Source: Spirochaetia bacterium
GTDB lineage: Bacteria; Spirochaetota; Spirochaetia; SZUA-6; Bin103
Direction of reading: 5' to 3'
DNA: 64,000 bases
NCBI GenBank assembly: GCA_965203515.1
Contig: OZ241907.1
Coordinates: 2,208,001-2,272,000 of the forward strand
Positions 29,467 to 39,744 of the stretch are shown here, piece after piece. Position numbers and translations under genes: made by a program. The notes under the pieces are model-generated. The model was not told where the DNA came from and did not search any database. It worked only from the letters and a program-made list of their open reading frames with translations. The number at the start of each line of letters is the position of its first letter. The first letter of the stretch is position 1.

Positions 29467-30240
29467 ATGAGCGACCGGCGACCGCCCGGCGCCGGCCGTC
29501 CCGGACGCCGCTTGTTCGGAGGCCTGTTTGGACGCGCAGCGCGCGCGCCCGAACCGCGGGCCACATCGACGGCCGATCCGCGGTTCTGGCGGCAGTTGGG
29601 CACCGGCGGCTCGGTGACCCTGCGCGACTTTCAGGCGATGGCGGAGGCGGCCGAGCGCGGCCTGCAGGCGGACAGCCTGGACTACCAGATCACGAACAGG
29701 CGCGCCATCGAGGTGCGCTCGACCGCCGGCGCGGTGGCCGCCGAATACCTGCTGTTCGATCTCGCCGGCGCCGAGCACCTCTATTTCCTGCTTGCGGTCA
29801 TCCGCGGCGGCGACCCGGAGCTGCGCGTCTACTTCATCGCCGACGGGCTGACGCCGGGGCCGCGCGCGGCGGTGATCGACGCCGGCGGCACCTGGTTCTT
29901 CGAAGCGCCGGCCGACCCGGACCGGTTCGTCCCCGCCCGGCTGGAGTTCGCGCGGTATCCGGCCGTGCCGCCGATCCTGGACGGCGACCGTGAGGTGGAA
30001 GCGGAGTTCGTCTCCCACGGCGGTGCGCTGTACGGCGACTACGCCGATAGCGGCGGCGCACGCGTGCCGGTCATCCTGATGGAGTACGAGACGCAGGCGG
30101 ACATCCAGAATCCGTTGCTGCTGATCGTCGAGGAGGGCGGCCTGGATGCCGGCGGCGATTCGATCCCGGACGGCGGCTTCATGACGGTGCTGATGGGCAG
30201 CCGCGTTGACCGCGGTCAGGTCGAGGTCTTTCCAGGTTGA
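29467..30240 (+). CDS. Hypothetical soluble acidic protein (possibly YjfK/DUF4178-like)
   Basis: Good GC3 codon bias, operonic position; family call rests on context only. Confidence 0.55.
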   Translation: MSDRRPPGAGRPGRRLFGGLFGRAARAPEPRATSTADPRFWRQLGTGGSVTLRDFQAMAEAAERGLQADSLDYQITNRRAIEVRSTAGAVAAEYLLFDLAGAEHLYFLLAVIRGGDPELRVYFIADGLTPGPRAAVIDAGGTWFFEAPADPDRFVPARLEFARYPAVPPILDGDREVEAEFVSHGGALYGDYADSGGARVPVILMEYETQADIQNPLLLIVEEGGLDAGGDSIPDGGFMTVLMGSRVDRGQVEVFPG

Positions 30241-31259
30241 GCGGATCACTCTCCTTCTACAGCGACAACAGCTCCGGCGCCCACCCGGAGGTATTGGCGG
30301 CGATCGAAGCGGCCAATCACGGTCACGTACCGGGTTACGGCGAGGACGAGCACACGCGCCGCACCGAGGCGGCGTTCGCCCGCCACTTCGGCGACGACGT
30401 CCAAGTGTTCCCGGTGGTCAACGGCAGCGCCGCCAACGTGGTGTCGGTCGCCTCCTGTTGCCGGCCCTACGAGGCGGTGATCACCACCTCGGCCGCGCAC
30501 CTGGCGTGGGCGGAGTGCGGGGCGATCGAGCGCCTGGTCGGGTGCAAGGTGATGGAGGCGCCGCACGAGCACGGCAAGATCGACCTGGAAGCGGTGCGGC
30601 GGCTGGCGTCCGCCGCGCCCAGCGACCACAGCAATCGGCCGCGCCTGATCTCCATCACGCAGGCGACCGAGCTGCTCACCGTCTACACGCCGGCGGAGAT
30701 CACCGGCATCGCCCGGCTTGCGCACGACCACGGCCTGCTGCTGCACGTCGACGGGGCGCGGATCGCCAACGCCGCCGTCAGCCTTGGCATGGAGTTGCGC
30801 GAGTGCACCCGCGACCTGGGCGTGGACCTCCTCTCCTTTGGCGGCACCAAGAACGGGCTCCTCATGGGCGAGGCGGTCGTCGCCTTCACGCCGCTGGATC
30901 ACGTCGGCTACGTGCGCAAGCAGGGGCTGCAGCTGCTGTCGAAGATGCGCTTCCTGGCCGCGCAGTTCAGCGCACTGCTCGAAGGCGATCTGTGGCGCCG
31001 CAACGCCGCGCACGCCAATGCCATGGCCGCCCACCTGGCCGCGCGCCTGCGCGCCGAAACCGACGTGGAGATACTGCATCCGGTACAGGCCAACGGCGTC
31101 TTCGCAAGGCTGCGGCCGGCGGTGATCGACGCGACCATCGGCCGCTTCCCCTACTACGTGTTCGACCCGGAGCACGGCGTGGCCCGCCTGATGACCACCT
31201 GGGACACCACCGGGGAGTTCATCGACCGCTTCGTGGACGCCGTCCGCGCGGTGCCGTAG
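30237..31259 (+). CDS. ltaE: Low-specificity L-threonine aldolase
   Basis: FYSDN, YGED, ISITQATE, LHVDGARIANA, SFGGTKNG. Confidence 0.88.
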   Translation: MSGSLSFYSDNSSGAHPEVLAAIEAANHGHVPGYGEDEHTRRTEAAFARHFGDDVQVFPVVNGSAANVVSVASCCRPYEAVITTSAAHLAWAECGAIERLVGCKVMEAPHEHGKIDLEAVRRLASAAPSDHSNRPRLISITQATELLTVYTPAEITGIARLAHDHGLLLHVDGARIANAAVSLGMELRECTRDLGVDLLSFGGTKNGLLMGEAVVAFTPLDHVGYVRKQGLQLLSKMRFLAAQFSALLEGDLWRRNAAHANAMAAHLAARLRAETDVEILHPVQANGVFARLRPAVIDATIGRFPYYVFDPEHGVARLMTTWDTTGEFIDRFVDAVRAVP

Positions 31260-31291
31260 ACCGCGCGTAGCACCGTCGGCATTTCGCCCCC

Positions 31292-33523
31292 ATGAACGCC
31301 GGAGTGCCGGAGTCGATACGAGAGCGGTTGTCCGCCGCCGGCGTCCAGGACCGGAATATCCTGCACGCGATCAGCTCCGACCTCTGTCTGGACGGGCGCT
31401 ACGGCGAGGAGTGGGCCGTCGCCACGCCGACCTCCCTGCACGTCGTCACCTCCGGCGGCATCGAAAGCCTGGCGCTCGACCGGATCGGTCCGCTACAGGT
31501 CGAGAGTCTGGTCTCCGGCGGGCTGCTCACCGCCGGCCGCGCGGCTCCCGACAGCGCCGGCGTCGCTACCGAAGAGCGGTTGTTGTTGCGCTTCAGCAAC
31601 AGCCGGGCCCGACAGTTCGGGACGTTCGCCGGCGCCGTCGCCGCCTTGCAGAAGGGCGACGAACCGCCGGCCGCCGAGGCGGTGCGCGAGCAGACCTGCC
31701 CCACCTGCGGCCTGCGCTACCCCGATCAGAACCGCGCCGTCTGCCCGCGCTGCATCGACAAGCGCGGCCTGTTCCTCCGGGTACTCGGCTACCTGCGCCC
31801 GTACCGGCGTCTCGTGGCGTTCATCGCCGGCACCATGATCGCCAGCACGGCGCTCAGGACCGCCGCGCCGCTGCTCTCAGGCCGCGTGCTGTTCGATGAC
31901 GTGCTCGATCCCGCCGGACGCTTCCACGGGCGCGTGCTGGAGGTGGTACTGCTGATCATCGCCGTGCACGGCGCCGGCGTCGGCGCCCAGATGATGTACC
32001 AGCGGCTCAACGCGCGGGTCTCCGTGCACATGGTCTACGACCTCAAGTCGCATATCTTCAGCGCCCTGCAGCGCCTGTCGCTCGGCTTCTTCGCCCGCAA
32101 GCACACCGGCGGTCTGATGGTCCGGGTCAACCACGACTCGATGAACCTGAACCAGTTCTTCATCGACGGCCTGCCGTACTTCGTCGTCAACCTGGTCCAG
32201 ATACTGGCGATCGTCGCCGCCATGGTCGCGCTGCAGCCGGGGCTGGCGCTGCTCTTGCTGCTGCCGGCGCCGGCCGTGGTCCTGATCGTCAACCGACTGT
32301 TCCCGAAGCTGTGGCGCCTGTTCGGCCGGCAGCACCGTTCGCTGGCGATTCTGAACGGCGTGGTCGACGACTCGCTGACCGGCGTGCGCGTGGTCAAGGC
32401 GTTCGGCCAGGAGCAGCAGGAGATCGAACGATTCACGCCGACCAACGACGCCGTGCGCGTAGCGCAGTTGCGCACGCAGCGAACGCTCGCCGGTCTGTTC
32501 CCGGCGGTCGCCTTTCTGACCCAGACCGGCGCCCTGCTCATCTGGGCGGTGGGCGGCTGGCAGGTGATCGGCGGCGCGCTCACCCTCGGCGTGCTGATCA
32601 CCCTCGTCACCTACTCGGCGTTGCTGTACGAGCCGTTGCGCTTCATGACGATGGTGGTCGAGTGGTGGTCGATGGCGATGAACTCCGCGCACCGCATCTT
32701 CGAGGTGGTCGACGCGGTACCGGAGGTAGCCGAGCGCGCCGACCCGGTGGCGCTGCCGCACGTGCGCGGCTCGGTCGAGCTGCGCGGCGTCACCTTCGCG
32801 TATGAGCCCAACAAACCGGTGCTGCACGCCATCGATCTGAGCGCCGCCGCCGGGGAGGTGCTCGGCCTGGTCGGCCACACCGGCGCCGGCAAGTCGACGC
32901 TGATCAACCTGATCACGCGGCTGTACGACACCGACACGGGCCAGGTGCTGATCGACGGCATCGACGTGCGCGATCTGCGGATCGCCGACCTGCGCCGGCA
33001 GGTCGGCATCATCCTGCAGGACCCCTACCTGTTCGACGGTACCGTCGCGGAGAACATCGCCTACGGGCGGCCGGACGCAAGTCATGCCCGGATCGTCGCC
33101 GCCGCCAAGGCGGCGTTCGCGCACGACTTCGTCACCCGGCTCCCGGACGGCTACGACACCCGGATCGGCACCCGCGGCCACGGCCTGTCGGGCGGCGAAC
33201 GGCAGCGGCTGTCGATAGCCCGCGCCGTATTGATCGATCCGCGTATCCTGATCCTGGACGAGGCGACCTCCTCGATAGACTCGGAGACCGAAGAGATGAT
33301 CCAGCTGGCGATGGAACGGCTGATCAGCGGCCGCACGACGATCGCCATCGCGCACCGGCTGTCGACCCTGCGCATGGCGCACCGCCTGGCGGTGCTGGAG
33401 AAGGGCCGCCTGGTCGAGCAGGGCACCCACGACGAGCTGACGGCCGCCGACGGCATCTACGCCAGGCTGGTGCGCAAGCAGCGCGATGCGCTGCAGGTGA
33501 TCGGCGTCGGCGCGCAGCGATGA
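31292..33523 (+). CDS. ABC exporter (TMD-NBD) with N-terminal extension and CxxC..CxxC motif
   Basis: GHTGAGKST, LSGGERQR, ILDEATS; CPTCG...CPRC before TM1. Confidence 0.9.
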   Translation: MNAGVPESIRERLSAAGVQDRNILHAISSDLCLDGRYGEEWAVATPTSLHVVTSGGIESLALDRIGPLQVESLVSGGLLTAGRAAPDSAGVATEERLLLRFSNSRARQFGTFAGAVAALQKGDEPPAAEAVREQTCPTCGLRYPDQNRAVCPRCIDKRGLFLRVLGYLRPYRRLVAFIAGTMIASTALRTAAPLLSGRVLFDDVLDPAGRFHGRVLEVVLLIIAVHGAGVGAQMMYQRLNARVSVHMVYDLKSHIFSALQRLSLGFFARKHTGGLMVRVNHDSMNLNQFFIDGLPYFVVNLVQILAIVAAMVALQPGLALLLLLPAPAVVLIVNRLFPKLWRLFGRQHRSLAILNGVVDDSLTGVRVVKAFGQEQQEIERFTPTNDAVRVAQLRTQRTLAGLFPAVAFLTQTGALLIWAVGGWQVIGGALTLGVLITLVTYSALLYEPLRFMTMVVEWWSMAMNSAHRIFEVVDAVPEVAERADPVALPHVRGSVELRGVTFAYEPNKPVLHAIDLSAAAGEVLGLVGHTGAGKSTLINLITRLYDTDTGQVLIDGIDVRDLRIADLRRQVGIILQDPYLFDGTVAENIAYGRPDASHARIVAAAKAAFAHDFVTRLPDGYDTRIGTRGHGLSGGERQRLSIARAVLIDPRILILDEATSSIDSETEEMIQLAMERLISGRTTIAIAHRLSTLRMAHRLAVLEKGRLVEQGTHDELTAADGIYARLVRKQRDALQVIGVGAQR

Positions 33524-34080
33524 ACGAACGACCCGGCGGCGACGCAGACGCCGCGGACGCGGCCGAAAAGCGCCGCCGGGCGCACCGGACGCGCATGCTG
33601 CAAGCCTCCGAGCTGGAACTCGAGCGCACGGCCGGCGGCTTCCTCACGCTGGCGGTGCGCGGCGGCGAGCAGCCTGAGCGGTACGAGCGGATCGGCGCCT
33701 TCCGCGCCTTTCCGCTCAGCGCCGCCGATCGCTACGTCTCGTTGCGCGACCGCGACGGCGATGAGATCGGTATCGTCGAATCGCTCGACGAGCTCACGCC
33801 CGAACAGGCAGCGATCCTCCGCGACGAGCTCGACCGGCGCTACTTCACGCCGTCGATCGAGCGGGTCGAATCGCTCAAGGAGGAGTTCGGCTACTCCTAT
33901 TGGACGGTGGAAACCGACGCCGGCCGGCGCCGCTTCACCGTCCAGAGCGGCAAGAACAACGTCACGATGGTGGGCGAGGGACGGCTGGTGATCGTCGACG
34001 TCGACGGCAACCGGTTCGAGGTGGCCGACTACACCCGCCTGGATCGCTCGGTGCTGCGCACCCTGGAAGGGCTCCTGTGA
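33520..34080 (+). CDS. DUF1854 domain protein
   Basis: RAFPLS...YVSL...EIG...EL.RRYF.P.I...W.VETD.G motifs. Confidence 0.8.
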   Translation: MNERPGGDADAADAAEKRRRAHRTRMLQASELELERTAGGFLTLAVRGGEQPERYERIGAFRAFPLSAADRYVSLRDRDGDEIGIVESLDELTPEQAAILRDELDRRYFTPSIERVESLKEEFGYSYWTVETDAGRRRFTVQSGKNNVTMVGEGRLVIVDVDGNRFEVADYTRLDRSVLRTLEGLL

Positions 34081-34105
34081 GCGGCCGGACGACGCGGTTA
34101 CGGCC

Positions 34106-36328
34106 ATGAGGCTCCGCTTCGAGCTGCCGGCCGACGTCGGCCGCGAGGTTGCCGAGGTCCTGGACGGCGAGGAGGTCCGCTACGCGCTGCCGGCCGACCT
34201 GACCGCCGACTCCCGGTACGGCGACGGCTGGACCGTGGTCGGCGCCACCCTGGTCGCGGTGCGGCCGGCGGGCGAGTCGGCATGGAACGCGATCGCGCTT
34301 GCGGACGTGGAGCGGTTCCACGCCGACACCATGGTCGGCTCGGGCCGGCTGGTCGCCGAGCCGTCGGCGGCCGACGGCCGCGGCGGCGACGGAGCGCGGA
34401 CGCTGGCGCGCTACTCGATGAGCCACGCGCCCCGCTACGCGACCCTGGCCCGGACGCTCAACCGGATGATCGAAGGACGGGAAGACCGCTACCGCGATGA
34501 GCCGGACGAAGATATCTGCCCCACCTGCGGCCGCCGTCGCGAGGCGGGTACCCGGGTCTGCCGGGCGTGCACGAACAGGGCGGCCATGGCGCGCCGGCTC
34601 TGGGAGGTCGCGCGGCGGCAGCTCCGCTGGGTGGCGGCGGCGGCCGTGCTGTTCGCGGCCCACGCCCTGCTGATGCTCCTGCCGCCGGAGATCACCCGCA
34701 TCCTCATCGACGACTACCTGACCCCGCGGCGCGCCGAGCTCGCCGCCGTACTGACGCTGGTCGGCGCGCTGGCCTTGGCATACGGCTGCAGCGCGCTGCT
34801 GGACGCCTTGCGCCACCGGGCGACGGCGCAGGTCGCCACCGGCCTGGCCGGCGATCTGCGCCGCATGGTGTTCACCCACGTGCAGAAGCTGTCGCTTGCG
34901 TACCTGAGCGCCCGCGACGCCGGCGACATCCTCAACCGGGTCAGCCGGGACACGAGTAAGATCCAGACGTTCATCAACTTCGGGCTCAACGAAAGCGTCG
35001 CGCAGGTGCTCTTCCTGATCGGCGTCGCCGTGATCCTCTTGCTGCGCGAGTGGCGTCTGGCGGTGCTGGTGCTCGTCCCGGTGCCGGTGGTCGTCCTCTT
35101 GGCGCAGAGCGTGTGGAACAAGGTGCGGGCGCTGTTCCGCCGCGAAAACCGGATGTTCGACAAGGTCGACACGCTGTTGGAGGACATCCTGGCCGGCATC
35201 CGGGTGGTCAAGGCGTTCGGCCGCGAGCGGTCCGAAGTCGGCCGCTTCCGGCAGCGCTCGGCCGAGCTGCGCGACGTGATGCTGCAGAACGAGCGGACCT
35301 GGGCAACCCTCACGCCGACCTGGAGCTTCGTCATGCGGGCCGGGGAGTTCCTGGTCTTTCTGGCCGGCGGCTACCTCGTCCTGGGGGAGGAGATGAAGGT
35401 GGGCGAGCTGGTGCAGTTCGTCCAGTACGCGATGATGATCTACGGTCCGCTGACCTGGATCGCCAGCCTCCCCCGGCGATTCGCCGAGTCGATGAGCGCC
35501 GCCGAGCGGGTATTCGAGATCATCGACGAGCCGCCCCAGGTCGCCGATGCGGCCAGCCCCCGCCGCCTGCGGATAGCCGGCCGGGTGAGCTTCGAATCCG
35601 TGGTATTCGGCTACAAGAGCCATGAACCGGTGCTGGACGACATCTCCCTGCGGGTGGAGCCGGGTGAGCTGATCGGCATCGTCGGCCACTCCGGCGCCGG
35701 CAAGTCGACCCTGATCAATCTGCTGATGCGGCTGTACGACCCCGACGAGGGGCGGATCACGATCGACGGTGTCGACCTGCGGGACATCGAGCAGCGCGAC
35801 CTGCACCGGCAGATCGGCGTCGTGCTGCAGGAGACCTTCCTGTTCGCGGGCACCATCGCGGAGAACATCGCCTACGCCAAGCCGGACGCCGCGCGCCGGG
35901 AGCTGATCGCCGCCGCCAAGGTCGCCGGCGCCCACGACTTCATCTGCGCCTTCGCGGACGGCTACGACACCACGGTCGGCGAGCGCGGGCAACGGCTCTC
36001 CGGCGGCGAACGCCAGCGGGTCGCGATCGCTCGCGCCGTCCTGCACGATCCCCGCATCCTCATCCTGGACGAAGCGACGGCGGCGGTAGACAGCGAGACC
36101 GAGGAGTTGATCCAGGAGGGGCTGTTTGCGCTGGTGCGCGGGCGCACCACCTTTGCGATCGCTCACCGTCTGGCCACCCTGCGCAACGCCGACCGCCTCG
36201 TAGTGCTCGACAAGGGACGGATCGGCGAGCTCGGCACCCACGCCGAGTTGATGGCGGCCGGCGGCATCTACCACGGCCTGGTGCAGTCGCAGCGGCGCAT
36301 GAACCGCGCGCAGGCGCTCTCCGGATGA
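34106..36328 (+). CDS. Second ABC exporter (TMD-NBD) with N-terminal extension and CxxC..CxxC motif
   Basis: GHSGAGKST, LSGGERQR, ILDEATA; CPTCG...CRAC. Confidence 0.9.
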   Translation: MRLRFELPADVGREVAEVLDGEEVRYALPADLTADSRYGDGWTVVGATLVAVRPAGESAWNAIALADVERFHADTMVGSGRLVAEPSAADGRGGDGARTLARYSMSHAPRYATLARTLNRMIEGREDRYRDEPDEDICPTCGRRREAGTRVCRACTNRAAMARRLWEVARRQLRWVAAAAVLFAAHALLMLLPPEITRILIDDYLTPRRAELAAVLTLVGALALAYGCSALLDALRHRATAQVATGLAGDLRRMVFTHVQKLSLAYLSARDAGDILNRVSRDTSKIQTFINFGLNESVAQVLFLIGVAVILLLREWRLAVLVLVPVPVVVLLAQSVWNKVRALFRRENRMFDKVDTLLEDILAGIRVVKAFGRERSEVGRFRQRSAELRDVMLQNERTWATLTPTWSFVMRAGEFLVFLAGGYLVLGEEMKVGELVQFVQYAMMIYGPLTWIASLPRRFAESMSAAERVFEIIDEPPQVADAASPRRLRIAGRVSFESVVFGYKSHEPVLDDISLRVEPGELIGIVGHSGAGKSTLINLLMRLYDPDEGRITIDGVDLRDIEQRDLHRQIGVVLQETFLFAGTIAENIAYAKPDAARRELIAAAKVAGAHDFICAFADGYDTTVGERGQRLSGGERQRVAIARAVLHDPRILILDEATAAVDSETEELIQEGLFALVRGRTTFAIAHRLATLRNADRLVVLDKGRIGELGTHAELMAAGGIYHGLVQSQRRMNRAQALSG

Positions 36329-36404
36329 CCGCGGCCGGCGCGGCGCGCGGTGGCTGGACGCCCGCCGGCGCTGGTAGGCTCACCATCCGTGGGGGAGGTC
36401 GTAC

Positions 36405-37157
36405 ATGACCGACAACGAACGATACCTGTTCGATCTGCAGGGCTACCTGACGATCCCGAATGCGCTCGACGGCGATCAGCTGCAGGCGTTGAACGCACTG
36501 CTCGACGAACACATCGAAGACGGCATGGCCGCCGACGCCGCGACCCATCGCTTCGGCGGCATGCTCGGCTGGGGCCGGCCGTTCCTGGACGTCATCGACA
36601 ACCCGTCGGTGGCGCCGTACCTGCGCGAGGTGCTGGGCGACGGGTTCCGGCTCGACCACGTCTACCTGGACGTCATCCGCGCGGGCCTCAGCCCGATCGG
36701 CGCCACGCTGCACGGCGGCGGCACCCCCTACAACCCGATCCAGTCCTACGACTTCCGCAACGGGCGCATGTACAGCGGGCTGTTCGTGGCCGCGTACAAC
36801 CTGGCCGACGTGGGGCCGCATGACGGCGGCTTCGGCTGCGTGCCCGGCAGTCACAAGAGCAACTACCCGTTTCCTGACGAGTGGAAGGACCTGACCCGCC
36901 GGCCGCCGTTCGTGCAGGCGGTCACCGGGCCGGCCGGCACCGCGGTGCTGTTCACGGAGGCGCTCACGCACGGCGCGCTGCCCTGGTCCGGAGCCGGCGA
37001 GCGCCGCACGCTGTTCTACAAGTACCACCATCACGGCGCGTCATGGGCGGCCGACTACCCCGTGCCCGGCGACCTGCCCGTCACCGACCGCCAGCGCCGT
37101 ATCCTGGAGCCCCCGCACGCCCCCGGTCAGGGTCAGCCGCTCGCCCGCGCGCGCTGA
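36405..37157 (+). CDS. Phytanoyl-CoA dioxygenase (PhyH)-family Fe/2OG oxygenase
   Basis: YLFDLQGY, LHGG, GGFGCVPGSHK, FTEALTHG, ERR; GGAGG SD. Confidence 0.85.
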   Translation: MTDNERYLFDLQGYLTIPNALDGDQLQALNALLDEHIEDGMAADAATHRFGGMLGWGRPFLDVIDNPSVAPYLREVLGDGFRLDHVYLDVIRAGLSPIGATLHGGGTPYNPIQSYDFRNGRMYSGLFVAAYNLADVGPHDGGFGCVPGSHKSNYPFPDEWKDLTRRPPFVQAVTGPAGTAVLFTEALTHGALPWSGAGERRTLFYKYHHHGASWAADYPVPGDLPVTDRQRRILEPPHAPGQGQPLARAR

Positions 37158-37188
37158 CCGCCGGAAGTGACTTCAAGCTTCGATCCTG

Positions 37189-38295
37189 ATGGACACGACG
37201 CATCGGATTCTCCTGTCGGACTCTCGGCGTATGCACCCGCTGGTCGACGGCTCGATCGACTTGGTGGTGACCTCGCCTCCCTACCCGATGATCGAGATGT
37301 GGGACCGGCAGTTCATCGCCCTGGACCCGCTGATCGGCACCGCGCTGTCCGACGGGGACGGAGTGCGGGCATTCGAGCTCATGCACGCCGTCCTCGACGA
37401 TGTCTGGCGCGAGTGTCACCGGGTCCTCCGCCCGGGCGGCCTGGCGTGTATCAACGTCGGCGACGCCACGCGCACGATCGGCGGCGAGTTCCGTCTGTTC
37501 TCCAACCACAGCCGCATTCTGCAGGAGTCGTCGCGCCTGGGCTTCTCCGTGCTGCCCGACATTCTGTGGCGCAAGCCGACCAATGCGCCGAACAAATTCC
37601 TGGGCTCCGGCATGCTGCCGGCAGGCGCCTACGTCACCTACGAGCACGAATACATCCTGATCCTGCGCAAGGGCGGCCGGCGAAAGTTCTCGCCCGCCGA
37701 CAAGAGCCGGCGTCGGCGCAGCGCCTTCTTCTGGGAGGAACGCAACGCCTGGTTCTCCGACGTCTGGGTCGATCTGATCGGCGCCAGGCAGCACTTCGGC
37801 ATTCCCGATGTCGATGATCCGGACGCTCGCGCGCGCAGCGCGGCGTTCCCGTTCGAGCTGGCGTACCGCCTGATTCAGATGCACTCGCTGATCGGCGACA
37901 CCGTGCTCGACCCCTTTCTCGGCACGGGAACGACCGCCGCCGCCGCCATCGCCAGCGGCCGATCCAGCGTCGGCTTCGAGGTCGATGCCGGCCTCGAACG
38001 ACCGATTCGCCGCGCCATCGATGCCGCCGTGCCGTCAGGCCGCGCGTACGCGCAGCGGCGGCTGGACGCGCACGTCGACTTCGTGCGCGCTCGGCAGGAG
38101 ACCGGACGACCCTGCCGGCACGTCAACCGTCACTATGGGTTCGCCGTAGTAACCGGTCAGGAGACCGACCTGCAGCTCTCGATCCCGCGCACGATAACGC
38201 CGGAGTCGGCGGACGGTTACTCCGCCCGACATGAACCCGCGCCGCGGCCGGACCGGTCGACGCAGATCCAACTGCCGATCGCAAGCATTTCATGA
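37189..38295 (+). CDS. Type II N4-cytosine/N6-adenine DNA methyltransferase (beta class)
   Basis: VTSPPY, FPFELAYRLI, VLDPFLGTGTT. Confidence 0.9.
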   Translation: MDTTHRILLSDSRRMHPLVDGSIDLVVTSPPYPMIEMWDRQFIALDPLIGTALSDGDGVRAFELMHAVLDDVWRECHRVLRPGGLACINVGDATRTIGGEFRLFSNHSRILQESSRLGFSVLPDILWRKPTNAPNKFLGSGMLPAGAYVTYEHEYILILRKGGRRKFSPADKSRRRRSAFFWEERNAWFSDVWVDLIGARQHFGIPDVDDPDARARSAAFPFELAYRLIQMHSLIGDTVLDPFLGTGTTAAAAIASGRSSVGFEVDAGLERPIRRAIDAAVPSGRAYAQRRLDAHVDFVRARQETGRPCRHVNRHYGFAVVTGQETDLQLSIPRTITPESADGYSARHEPAPRPDRSTQIQLPIASIS

Positions 38296-38882
38296 AGATC
38301 AGACTCACTCCACAACATCTGCGCGGGCGCTTGATAGGAAATCGTCCGGCATACGGGAAGTATGTCAGCCCTCTCATCAACCTTGCCAACCGTTTCGCTC
38401 ACGCAACGAGGCCGAATCAGGTCGGCCAAGTATCGGAATTGATTCGCGAGTGCCCTGCTCAGGACTACGAGGGTTGGCGCGACTGGTATCTCACCCGCTA
38501 CCCGAAGGCTATAGACAAGGCTACCGATCGCGTCGTTGCAATGCTGGAGCAAATACGCGGCGCGATGGACACAATCGACCGAGAGACCGTTCTTCGTTGG
38601 GTGACAGAACTTGTACTTGAAAAGACGTACGCTGGCTTGCGTGTCGAAAGAGCGATCCTTGAAGAGGCCGCTCACTGCTTGGGGAGAACGCTACAGCTTT
38701 CATCTCCGGAAGAAGAATCACGCGGAATAGATGGTTATCTCGACGAATTACCAGTTTCCGTCAAACCGAATACCTACAAGGCGATGGGCACGATCGGCGA
38801 GACTATCGACGCACGAATGATCTATTACGAAAAGAAGTCAAACGGAACAATTGTCGCGCATCTCGACGAGCTTGAACACTGA
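38292..38882 (+). CDS. MjaI-family type II restriction endonuclease
   Basis: INLANRFAHATRPNQVGQVSELI, KTYAG, EESRGIDGY..PVSVKP; ATGA overlap with MTase; lower GC. Confidence 0.8.
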   Translation: MKIRLTPQHLRGRLIGNRPAYGKYVSPLINLANRFAHATRPNQVGQVSELIRECPAQDYEGWRDWYLTRYPKAIDKATDRVVAMLEQIRGAMDTIDRETVLRWVTELVLEKTYAGLRVERAILEEAAHCLGRTLQLSSPEEESRGIDGYLDELPVSVKPNTYKAMGTIGETIDARMIYYEKKSNGTIVAHLDELEH

Positions 38883-39392
38883 ATCGGTCATACTCATACT
38901 GACGATTTGGGCCGTGCGAGCCTGTCGACTGACTGAGAGCCGAGTTCGATGTCATTCAGGCCGAGGCGTCCGTCGCCACGACGAATTGATGATAGTCGAT
39001 GGATAGGCTATCCGAGTCTGAGGCGCTGGCACAAAGGATACTTTGTGTGGAGCGGAAATTTACAGACAGCATTGCGATACATAGTTCGCTGAGGATTGGT
39101 ATAATGTGGACGCATTCATCAAGAACTGAAAGCGTTCTTCAACCTTGCCGGATACGACGAAGGCTTGGAGTGGTGCCAGGGCGTTGACTCTGTGAGTGGA
39201 TGGCAGTATATTACTATCAAGGTCTGATAGGGAGAAGATGATGAGACACGACGACCAGAGAGGTCACACTGCATGGACCGTGAGAATACGTGGGTGTACA
39301 AACCTGCAATTGACTGAGTAGAAACGCCTGCCGGCGTCCGATCCAGGTTAGCCGCCGGACGTTGAACAAGACAGGCTACGGAGGAGACTACC

Positions 39393-39743
39393 GTGGAAAT
39401 CACAAAAATAGAGATCGCTGACGACAGGAACGAGTTTCGTGAAGTCGAATACGGTGATCTGAGAGTAGAAGAAAACGAAGGAAGACGAATGGCGTTTTCG
39501 TTTCCTGATGCTCAACAAGGTGTTCGTGGGAAGATGAAGCTTCACTCTATCGGGGAGACGTATATCATTGATGATTGCGACTTGCCGTGCAGTGTTTCGA
39601 AAGATCAAACAAGAGTGTTGAGGGTCACTCGTTCCAGAGAAGGAGGGAATGAAGTCGTCATGTTCGAGTGTCGAGTACTGAACGTAGGAAAAAGAGGTGT
39701 CAAGATGCAGAGAACGTCTGTACTGATTGGAAAGCAGTCCTGA
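39393..39743 (+). CDS. Hypothetical protein, low GC
   Basis: Strong GGAGG SD before GTG; 116-aa open frame in AT-richer DNA. Confidence 0.55.
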   Translation: MEITKIEIADDRNEFREVEYGDLRVEENEGRRMAFSFPDAQQGVRGKMKLHSIGETYIIDDCDLPCSVSKDQTRVLRVTRSREGGNEVVMFECRVLNVGKRGVKMQRTSVLIGKQS

Positions 39744-39744
39744 C

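Noticed and set aside
764..36274. Long antisense/alternative-frame ORFs (e.g. 764..2632, 6969..8651, 33962..36274, and similarly 50516..52867)
   Set aside because: Shadow ORFs typical of high-GC DNA; they overlap motif-supported genes and have no recognisable motifs.
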